Origin: Antedon mediterranea
Lineage: Eukaryota > Animalia > Echinodermata
Direction of reading: 5' to 3'
Assembly: GCF_964355755.1 (NCBI RefSeq)
Contig: NC_092670.1
Span: 30,802,388-30,866,387, forward strand
DNA length: 64,000 nucleotides
The notes under the pieces are model-generated. The model ran no database searches. It was not told the DNA's origin and saw nothing but the letters and a program-made list of their open reading frames with translations. Of the stretch, positions 1-10,990 are shown piece by piece (position 1 is the first letter of the stretch; each line of letters begins with the position of its first letter). The position numbers and the translations under genes were made by a program.

Positions 1-533
1 TATATAATTAATCCAGAGCTTTCATCCGTGGTCATTTTGATTAACTCAGTTAATACTGTATAGTAGAATAGCAGGCAATTAGCCGTGTATTCGTTTCGTA
101 TTACTATTATTACACTACTTATGGTTAGAAGACAGCAGTTGTTCAAAATGTATTAAACATATAAAATTAGAAAATTTTATCATTCTGAGCATATATTTTA
201 AACAAAATTTGTAAAAGCAATGCCTATTCCACAAATATACAACAGTCTTAAATAATTATTATAATATTGATATCGATATTCCTAATGAAATGCTAGGAAT
301 TGAAGTATAAAAATAATAATGTGGTTTTTTTTTCTTTTTAATTGAGATGCAATGGCATCACGCAAAATAATACGTTCACTAAATGCTAACGTCCGTTTCC
401 ACGTTACACACTTGTACGCTTCGTCCAAATAATGTATTGATTGTCCGCTGTAAGAACGGCAATAATTTAAAGGGGGCTGCGGCGTTGGATCCGACAACAC
501 GGGATTATTGTGGATAAACATATAGCATGAATA

Positions 534-707
534 CAGTAGAACGCCTCGTAACCTCTTAATAGAGGTTTCCTTGAATGGGGGTTCGCCATAATGTTAAGAC
601 ATATTGCTCCTTGTTCGTTTCACAGTAAATTGTCTCCTTATAATTAGTATTTATAATTATAGGGGTGGCCCCTGAATACAGGTGTCCCAACATGAGTGGT
701 TTAACTG
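534..707. mobile_element. Degenerate Tc1/mariner-pogo-like MITE
   Basis: TA|CAGTAGAACGCCTC ... GAGTGGTTTAACTG|TA: imperfect TIRs starting CAGT, with TA at 532-533 and 708-709. Confidence 0.5.
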
Positions 708-864
708 TAGTTAAATAGATAGTGTAGTTAGTAGGTCTACTGGTAGAATGAGTAGGCCTACATTACAAATCCAGTGCAGGTATCTCTCAAGTGAATCCAT
801 CAACACACATTTTAATTACTATACACTACATTAATTGGAATGTTAAACATTAATGTTGGCTTAC

Positions 865-1150
865 CTTGTTTATATCAATCTTGTAATGGCATGACCGCAC
901 AGAGGGATTAAAAGCTGTCCAGGGGAAGTAACCGTGCCCGGGCGGATGAACACGATAATGATGACACACACGCGGAAACGAGCTTCAGTCTATGATATTG
1001 TTAAATATCAGTTGTTCTGCTTTATCGACCTTCAACAACGAAATATTATTTTCCAAATAATGAACTTCTGCTCTCTACGATTCATCCAATATATATCTGT
1101 CACACATCAGTGGATACAGAATCTACAAAAAAACAATCTATTCTGTTTAC
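865..1150 (-). other. Possible non-coding (5'UTR) exon of a minus-strand gene continuing left of the window
   Basis: Strong minus-strand donor AAG|GTAAGC (intron starts at 864) and locally higher GC/CpG. No long ORF reaches the donor. The 5' boundary is a guess. Confidence 0.25.
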
Positions 1151-1595
1151 TTTGTATTTGATTTTTAATACTGTAATTATTCTATGCCGCATGATAAGCG
1201 CGTGAGAAATTTAGTATGGACTATCGGTACACACTCTCCATCCTGACACCAATCTTTATACAACGTGTCTAATAAAAGCTAGTTGACCAGTTGACAGTTC
1301 GGATTATACATTGTTTGTGATTGGCCAAATCACTTGCATTGCGTCCAAGCTGTGGGGACGGGTAGTAATGTAGGCCTAGCCCGGGGATCTATACTGTATC
1401 TCTGAGACGCTACAGACGAGGATTGAGATGAGAGACAACCTTTTATTTGAATTTAGCAAACAGTCGTTATGAAATTTACTTCTTTTTTTAAACACTAGGG
1501 CCTATTATTAGACACTGGGACTTTAGGCGTTCGTTATAACTGTACTTGGCGGCTAAAATGACGGCGGCCAATGTGCACTGTATTTTTTTTTTTTT

Positions 1596-1706
1596 GCGTG
1601 CAAACGCGACTCTATAGCTCACTATGTCGGTCGGTTGGTCGGTCGATCGATCGGTAAACAGTAACTCAAATTCGAGAACGCGACTGCAGCCATGCATATG
1701 GCCTTG
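1596..1706 (+). mobile_element. Short Helentron-associated (HINE/DINE-1-like) non-autonomous element
   Basis: ACGCGACTCTATAG 5' block, a (GTCG) microsatellite, then 3' ACGCGACT followed by hairpin GCCAT-GCAT-ATGGC and CTTG, inserted in a T-run. Related to the copy at 36068-41426. Confidence 0.65.
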
Positions 1707-2449
1707 TTTTTTTTTATAGATAAAGTCTAATTGTTTCTTCCTTTTTCTTCTTTTTTTTTAACTTCCTAGCTATGTCGAAAATTTCTATTTTAAAGTTTAA
1801 ACATAGCTATGTTGGATATATCGAGCATTGATAATATAGGCCTACTCATGTGGCAGGATTAGGCTTTCGTACAATATCACCGGTATCTCCTTGCACAATG
1901 AATGCATACCATCAATATTATACTAACCTTTTAATGTTACAATATCATGTAACTCGTTGTATTAACTGTTTGACATAAAATTAATATGTACACTCTGAAA
2001 CATTTAATTTCAAAACCCAGCTACAGGAGTCTAGGCCCGTCCGAGTCATTATAAGATATAACATGTTTTAAAACGTACAATAAATCACAGCAGGAAAAAA
2101 AACATGACTTTCTCTTAAAAGAATATTCACAATTAAGAATTTGTAATTTATATAATATTAATAGAGAGAATAGAATAATAAGTTGTGTTGGTTTTTTTTA
2201 AAGTAAATCGTATTGTTGTGTGTGTTTAGAGCTAATCTATCATGCTAACTGCTTTTGAGTCTCTTTCGCTATTTTCGTGTACGTGCAAAACGTGAGAACA
2301 TGTAATGTTGTATATTCTAAATTGATTTGGAATTTCAGACTGTCGCTATAATAGATAGAGAAAAACAGATGCAATGTTGATTATAAAAAATGATGTATCA
2401 GCATAGGCCTATACATACGACATTATTGTATTTAATGATTTTTTATAAA

Positions 2450-5400
2450 TAGTATCCCTAAATTAAGTCTAAAAAGGGCCAATCTGGGAAAAAATTAGAA
2501 ACAAATGTTTCTCAACTGATTTGTGTCATTTGGGGTCTATATATCCACCAAAAAAAAGTTCCAGCTCATCTGACCTGGGGAAAGTCGCCATTTTGGATTT
2601 TTAAAATGGCCGCCATAAATTACAGATTTTTGTTCATAACTCAGCTTATACATCGTGTATGGACATGATTTTGGTGGTAAAGTATATGTTTTTAGGGTCA
2701 AGGAATCCAAATACAGCATTTTGAAGTTCACTCAATGGCCGCCATTTTGTTTTTCAAAATGGCCGCCATGAAATACAGATTTTCTCATATCTCAGCTTCT
2801 ACAAAATAAATGGATGTGATTTTGGTGGCAAAATGTATGTTTTGAGGGTCAATGAATTCAAATAAATTAGTTCACTCTATGGTCGCCATATTGTTTTTCA
2901 AAATGGCTGCCATAAAATTTACAGAATTTTGTTCATATCTCAGCTTTTATCATCATATATGCTTTTTGTGACAAAAGAGATCCTATTTAAAGCAGCGTCT
3001 TATGTGGTGAATGGATGGTTACCAAATACACCGGAGTCGGAGACCAGCACTGGTCATCCTAACTGGTCTGGATTTATGCACAAGTAAGTACTGGATCAGT
3101 GGAGAAGTCGACAATAGAGTTTCTGCCGATCATTCTAAATGACCCAAATGATAATTCGACAGTGTATACTACACTCTGTAAATGTATATCTTATAGCTCT
3201 TCACATAATCAACCACTGTGGGTTAAAACAATACAGTTAAGAAAAGTCATGCCTGCCAGTTGTTGTCAGGCTTGGATGATTCAATCTTCTCAAGAGCATC
3301 CTGGGTTGTATTGTACATATAATGACTGGTTCGGGTTTGGAAGATGTGCTTTGCTTACTTTATGAACCAAATACTGTCACTTACATTTTAAAGGGAGCTG
3401 CATATTCAAAAGCTCTCAGAGCGCATTTTTAGCAGATTCAGCTGTTTTATCATACAATGATGACACAGGATGAAGATGTTTTGAATCCAGATATAGACAC
3501 AGTAAATAGAACAATCGGGAAGATCAAACAGGTATCAAGAACATCTAAGTTGTGGGCTTTATATCACGAGATGGTATCACTTGTTAGGAAATACGCTCTA
3601 TCTTCAGACAGTATCATCTATGCTTTACATATTTGCAGCAGCTGATCATGGACAATATGCCAAGAGTGGAATGTTATATCTACAGAAAATGCTTGAGCTG
3701 AAACACAAATTTCCACATACATATGAGATGTTCCATAAGAATGTATATCACACAACGTGTTATAGTGATGACAAGTTTTCAGACATGACAATAGAGGAAC
3801 CCTAATGCGAAAAGACAAATAAAGTGGCGGTCTCACACGTGGCAGACTTCGTCATACGAATTCAGTAAAAAAGTGTGGGTTTCTAGCTTATCGCACTTAA
3901 CGCATCTGGAAATGATGATGGATGAAAGGGTCGGTTAAAGAGAGACAAACGAAGTAACAAAGATTTCGGGAAAGTACGTCTACAGAAAGACCATTTATAG
4001 TGGTAAGCGATCCTCTTGTGATAGCTTCACTCTCAACTGGATTGAATATAACCGACACAAACCAGTTGTGAACAAGCTTGGAACATTGGCCAAGACATCC
4101 AAGAAAGCTTGGACGATGCCACTCACCTATGAAAGTAAAACTACTAAGTTCTCTTGAAACTCATGTAAAAGTTGGAACAAAGAAGATTTCTTTCAAAAAA
4201 ACGGTTCTCTTCAACAGACTTATTGTTCTCTCTGAAAGAGACGGAGACATCGAAACGGCATTTGGATATGAACTGACACCTGTTCCAAAAGCTTTGTTTA
4301 AGATGGACAAATTTATGAGAAAGCCAGAAAAATCAAAATTTTGTCGAATTCTGAAGGAGAATGTTACCAACACCACCACAATAGATGCCGTATCTGTTCA
4401 CATTGTTGATGGTGGTTGGTTCTTACACCAAGCACCATGGAATAAAGTGGTTACTTTTCTGATGTTGTGATGTCCTACATAGGCCCCTTCCAGAGGAAAT
4501 TTAATGGTGGTGTATAGTTGTTTGGGATGGATATCCTAGCAAACCAAAGGCTACGAGCATCATCGAAAAACATTCCAGAAGAAAACAAGCAGTAATGTGA
4601 ACATTACTCTAGATACCAAGGTTTAATCAGAACGAGAGGAAGCATCTTTCATAACATTACTCTCTCAGGAAATGGAAAGATGTGGTATTAAAACCATCCA
4701 AGCTGATGAAGATGCAGACACGGTAATGGTTAAAGAAGCTATATCTCAAACCAATTGTTCTGATACAAATGCGGTTGTAGTTGCAGAAGATACAGATGTG
4801 TTACTTCTTTTATGCTACCATTGTCCAACCAAAGCTCTTTTTTCAAATAAGTAACTGAATCTTTAACATATCGTCTATTACTGGTTTAATCGCTGACCTT
4901 GATGAATTTCTTTTTAATTATGCATGGTCTGTATGTGACACTGTATCATCTATATGTGGATACACTAAACCAACTACATTTACAAGAAGAAATTCCCTCC
5001 TACTGTTGTATCGATTTTCACCAACCCGCTATCAAGCATAAAAAATGTTAGTAAATATATGGTATTAAGGCTACGGTGATTACATGGTCTGAATCCAGAT
5101 ATCTTGTCCAAGGCAAGACATGACTAATTTGTGCGACAGGCAGCAAAGGGTAAACTAAATCCAGACAGACTACTATAAAGCACTCTCATCAGCAAGTTAT
5201 TACATGGAAGCTCTTGAATACAAATGCTATAAACCCGATGAAAGAGGCTGGAGGATTTATGACAATTATCTCCAATCATGACAGACGATGATATTGCACC
5301 TCAATCTTTACTGAAATCAATATGCTGTAACTGCAAAGGAGGAAACCTATGCAGCACAAACAAATGCAGCTGTAGAAAGTACTCTATAGCATGTGTTGCT

Positions 5401-6283
5401 GCGTGTGGTTATTGCAGTGGTCACTGCTCTAATGGTAAAGGAACATACGAGGAAAGTGATGACGATTGCTCGATAGCTGACAATTAATAAGCTGTATGTT
5501 TATTGTGGCCATTTTATTGTAGATATTCACATTACATGGATTTTAATGCTATATGTTATGAATCCACGGACTACATGACCATTTCCATTTTTAAAGATAA
5601 AAAATAGCAATTGTACAAAAAAACATTTCAGAATAGTGTATTTGTATTTCGAAACCCAAAAACTATATACTGTGCAATACAATATGGCGGCCATTTTGAA
5701 CTCTAATATGGCAAGGTATAAGATTTTGAAAATGTTTATTCTGTAACCATAGACTTAGGCCTAGTCAACCAAATCAGATATGATGATAGAAGTTGAGATA
5801 TGTGGAAAATTCTGTAAATGCTATGGCAGCCATGTTGAAAAACAAAATGGCGGTCATTTAGTGAACTTAAAAATGATTTATTTGCATTCCTTGACCCTCA
5901 AAACATACACTTTGCCACCAAAATCACATCCATATAATTTGTAGAAGCTGAGATATGAGAAAATCTGTATTTTATGGCGGCCATTTTAAAAAACAAAATG
6001 GCGGCCATTGAGTAATCTTCAAAATGCTGTATTTGGATTCCTTGACCCTACAAACATATACTTTACCACCAAAATCAAGTCCATACATGATGTAGAAGCT
6101 GAGTTATGAGCAAAAATATGTAATTTATGGCGGCCATTTTAAAAATCCAAAATAGCGACTTTCCCCAGGCCAGATGAGCTGGAACTTTTTTTTGGTGGAT
6201 ATATAGACCCCAAATGACACAAATCAGTTGAGAAACACTTGTTTCTAATTTTTTCTCAGAGAAAGTGTAAAATGGGGATACTA
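2450..6283 (+). mobile_element. Academ (AcademX-type) DNA transposon, internally deleted and decayed
   Basis: TAG...CTA termini, 3-bp TSD AAA (2447-2449 / 6284-6286), ~520-bp TIRs (2450-~2972 / ~5764-6283), and an internal transposase + XPG/PIN + Cys8 remnant. All match the AcademX description. Confidence 0.88.
3050..5487 (+). pseudogene. Academ transposase pseudogene (transposase core, XPG/PIN-like nuclease, C-terminal Cys8 finger)
   Basis: Frameshifted fragments: WSGFM; STIEFLPII..PND.STVYTTL; QPLWVK; GSG..AYSKALRAH; FAAADHGQYAKS; LFNRL..FGYELTPVPKALF; IVDGGWFLH; ADEDADTVMV..VVVAEDTDVLLLL; CCNCKGGNLCSTNKCSCRKYSIACVAACGYC. The N-terminus is deleted. Confidence 0.85.
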
Positions 6284-6569
6284 AAAGGCATTGAGTCTAA
6301 CGTGAAAAATGAGTAGACTGTTCCATCTCTACGGTGAGTGAGAGTATTTTTTTAAGGAAGGCGTGTTGGCAGACTTGCAAATATATTATTGATACTATGC
6401 CTATAGAATAGACAGATTATGAACCAGTGTCTACTGCAAAACATTATTATTAAACAAATATCATAGAATAGGAGGCCTCAGTCATAGGAGTATGTAGGCT
6501 TTAGGCTAGATTTGGTAAGGGATACTATTTAACCTATCTACACTACTGTACTGTTACTATACAATAACT

Positions 6570-7030
6570 AGGCCTAGCCTAGACATATCCTACTTTAGCC
6601 AGACTAGAGAGAGGCTGCCTGGCCCAGCCAGCGCTACCACTGTACTTTTTGCACCTAATAACTAGCTAGGGTTTAGGCCCTATAATATATTATTATTAGC
6701 ATTTCAAGGTCGGTCACTCACCAGCGGGTGAAGGTTTTTTTTTAATGGGTAAGCTCGAGAGACACTGAGGAGCAAAAGGCCTACTACTAGGGCCTAGCGT
6801 ACTATTACTACTATAGCTAGCTATAGGACCTAGTCTAAGTAGGGGGCTATGCCTGCAGAGGGCCTGGCTGGCCTGGTGTGGGCTACTACTAGCTAGGCTA
6901 GGCTAGCCTAGTTTTAGTATTACTACTATTAGTAGGTAGTAATGGCAGGCCGTTTCTTATTAATATCAGGCTAGGGGCTAACCATCTTCTCACTCAAGTC
7001 TAAAATTATTCTATAGGGCCTAGCTAGGCC
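6570..7030. repeat. Low-complexity TAGGCC/CTAG-rich tract
   Basis: Dense TAGGCCTA, GGCTAG, CTAGCC and TACTAC words with no fixed period. Confidence 0.6.
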
Positions 7031-7760
7031 TGGTTGTTGAACAATAAGTATATTAGTAATGTGTAACCTTACTTTTAGAACTCGCGCCCGTCGTCAAGTA
7101 TTGTGGTGTGATGTTTTTGTACTAGATTAATGCGTTTCGGGGTGTACGCCCACGGAAGTGTGTGTGAAACGCGTTAATGAACGGGACTAAACGAATGATA
7201 CGAAGGAACGTGTTTTATAATAATACGCAAAATCTATGATTACAGAGCTTGGGCTTCTGATGATTATATTAATAATATTATAAGTTGAATAATAGTAATA
7301 TTATTTATATGGAGACAGCTATTTTGGTATCATAAATAGACACACCGGGTTGTATAGGCCTACCTAACCTATTTAGTGACACCCGGAACAAGGACATCAT
7401 AAAACAACTACTACTACATACTATCAGTATGCCTATGAAGTTCTAGCTCACAGTCAAAATGATGTCTGATGAAGATATTATTCCCAACCATTGGGATAAC
7501 CGGCCTCGTCTTGTTGTGAAGATCTGTCTCAATATTCATAACATCATCCGTCCTTCCCGATGTACGGTAAGCTTACCCTTGCAAAATTATCGATATTTAA
7601 CATTCAGTATCGAAATACACAGCACCTGCTTTTTATCCGAATACTATTATTTATATTTTCATAAAAACCTAGGTCTACGTCTGTTTAAACGCGCGCCCTT
7701 GAAACTGAATTTGAAAAAGTAAAATAGATCGGCGCGACGCTTAACATTAAGTCAAGTCAA

Positions 7761-8176
7761 GTCAATTTCGTTTTAGGCCTAATCTTACGGACATGCATTG
7801 TGCCTGCTGTGTATTACTATGTTGATGTATGTACTGTATGTTCATTTTGAATAAAATGTCCATTATTCGAAGAGATCATTTGGTTGGGGAAAAACGCGTT
7901 TGCGAGAAGAGATAAAACAATTCGATCTGCCAATTAACACTCCACTTTCCTGCTCCTGAATGTCAATTTCGTTTTAGGTCTAATCTTACGCACCTGGTGT
8001 GCATTGTGACTGTTATGTGCTGTATGTTCATTATTTTGAATAAAATGTCCTTCATTGGAGGAGATACTTTTGAGGAAAACGCATTTGCGAGAAGAGATAA
8101 AGCGATTCGATTTCTGTTTAACTGTAATTGCGTGATTACTAATCAACACTCCACTTTGTTTCCTGCTACCTGTAAT
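7761..8176. repeat. Diverged tandem duplication of ~200 bp
   Basis: Units 7761-7961 and 7962-8176 both begin GTCAATTTCGTTTTAGG(C/T)CTAATCTTACG and share TTTGCGAGAAGAGATAAA and AACACTCCACTTT. Confidence 0.8.
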
Positions 8177-10759
8177 TGCCAGTTAATGATTTTGATCCTA
8201 ATTCAGCAATTTTATTTCCACATGAGATTTAATTAGAAGATTCACGTTATTGCTGTAGTACTGTAATCACAAATTTGTGTTACGATCTCGGCTCATATTG
8301 TCTCATTGATCATCACTATTAAAGATATTGGAAAACAAATGTGTTTGAAATACAAAACTTACCGTGTTTTACCCGGGTAATTTGGTTCCTATCCACCAAA
8401 GTCAGATCGACCATTTTGGTACATAGGCCTATTCAATTATTTATAAGTTGCATAGTGCGTGCGAATAATACTGGTGTACAGATATTAAATGTTACGGATC
8501 TTTGTCAACTCGTTCCATTGTGTAAACTTAATATTAGTAAAAAGATACATATTTTGGCACGTATGGCGTTTCTTACCTTTACTACTATGAACCAAATCGA
8601 AACGCCGACTGGGGTAAGTCTTGTAATGCAAAATATTTGCACTTGATAATACAGATAAGTACGTTAATTATTAAATAGTTAAAAGTAGATCTTATTAAAG
8701 CAACGCATGATGAAGACCATTAACTATCAATGCAGAAATAATAAAGCAAAAATGAATGTTTTAAGAAGTGATTGAGGATTGTTCAAAGAACCCGTATTGC
8801 CTCGGTATACCGTACTGTATCTACAGTCGGAATCTGGTTTAATTTTGGAAAATAACACACAGGATCATTTGAAAGTCGCGAATACACAATTATAGAATAT
8901 CAGATAATTTTAAACTCCTTATGAAGTGTCTACCTTGCAACATAATGGCCCGGGCTCGCATTATTGTACATTAGACCTACATTAGGACTAACAATAGATA
9001 ATATTATAAATCTAGTGATGTTTGTTATATGATTTTTACATTAAAAATTAGGCCTAATGTATGTTACATTAAAATACTAACATCACCCGATGCCATTTAA
9101 TATTAATAGTTTTTTTTAAACAATCAGGTATTCGGTAAGACTTTGATAACTAATTGTAAAATCATAAGAATGTTTCTCATGAGAATGAAGATAAATAAAA
9201 TATACATCAGAATGTTGAGGTATTAAAATTCAGTTGGATTCATGTGAATTTGATTGCCAAAAAAAAAAATTGCTTGATTTTGATGCAAATGTAATGACAT
9301 TTAACATTTAAAGCATAATTTTATTTTTTTTTAAACGAGGAAAACACTTATGTTGATTATAGTTATAGGAGAACAGAATTATTAAAGCGTCTGGTGTTTA
9401 ACAGAGGCCATGCATTGTTCATTTTTATTTTATAAATCGAAGGCCAAAATCATGCATAATATTTTGTTGCGATAAAAAACGAAAATTATATGAATCAAAA
9501 TAATAAATGAATATTATATTATATTACATAGAGAAAATCAGCCTCCCACGATTGATAGATTATGTGAAACGAAACAAAACATTAAAAAAATCATGAAAAA
9601 TCTTAAAATTATAAACTAAACAATTAACAATAATTGGGATAATCGTTATTGTTTGATGCAAAATGTTTATATCGCGTAGTTTAGGCCTATTTGGCAAGAC
9701 TAATTTTATGTTTTGTTATGTTAGTCCACCTGTCCTGTCCGAAAAATACATGAGTTTTTGAGCTAATTATATACGTATGAAACGCCATATTAATATTGAT
9801 ATTGATATCAGTTTAGGACCTGGCAACACCAAACGTGATAAGCACAAATAGGTGTTACAAACGAACGTAACACTACAAAATACCAGAAATGTGTGTATAT
9901 ATATAGATTGTAATACCTTGATCACTTGAAAAGATACATGACAGTAGGCCAAGGAATAGTGGAAATAATTATTTTCACTCTTACCTGAGTAGACCTATAG
10001 TTCGTGTGTTATGAATGAATTTAAACAGCACGGACAAACAAATTCGTTCATATTGTATATGATGTATATGTAAATAAATTCTAAAAGTTGGTTCATTGGG
10101 TGCACTGTACTTGAATTCGTGTATGCGAAACAAATCTGTTAGATAATAGTCGGTTATGATAATGCCAAACTCAATGACCTGTCCTATTTCTTAAATGCAA
10201 ACCTTACAAACGTTGATTATTATAATAGTGTATCAATAACATGTAATCGTATAGTTAAGTTACATTTTCAGTACATACTTTCCAACTAATATACATTTTT
10301 GACAAGAACAAGTGTACGACCAATCATAACTCACAAATGTGATGCGCGCGAAATTCGCCTAGTCGAAAACAAACTAGAAATCCCAAGATAACGTTTTAGA
10401 ATTCAAAATGGGTGAGTCATATTTTTAATTAAATTCAGGAGAATGTTCGTCTTAACCAAGTTTGAATGGTGAACACCACTGATTTGTATTGCTATTGATA
10501 AATAAAAAAACAGTTATCGAACGAATTAAATCAATAAGTTTAGGTGTTAAGCGTGGATTTAGTGTTTACGTTTATGTGTGATGATGTTACATTACATCGC
10601 CACAAACGTTGCTCTTTCAATTAGTGACACTTTACACTCATTTAGCCCAAGCCTGGTCATCAAGTTTGCATGAATCGAGTTTTTACTCATAACAAGTGCT
10701 AATGTAGAAACAACTTATATATTTTCAAGCCTATGCCTTAATGTGTGTAAATGCATATT

Positions 10760-10990
10760 CAGTCTATCCACCTCTCGTAAGCGACTGATTTTCAAAAATC
10801 GGCCATCTCGTAAGCCACCACCTCCCCAGAACGACCATACATTGTGAGCAACCACACTCGTTAGCGACCACCTCTCTTAAGAGGCCGCTTCTCATAATCG
10901 ACCACCTTTCGTAACGACCACCGTCTCTATTAAGAAAACGCCTCACATAATCTACCTCTATTAAACGACCAACACCTCTCGTAAGTGCGT
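10760..10990. repeat. Degenerate ~18-20-bp repeat array, probably one arm of a MITE
   Basis: Recurrent ACCTCTC(G/T)TAAG..GACC units after CAGTCT. The opposite TIR was not found. Confidence 0.45.

Noticed and set aside
7459-7572. ATG-initiated segment ending at a GTAAGC donor
   Set aside because: No downstream compatible coding exon or recognisable motif could be found.
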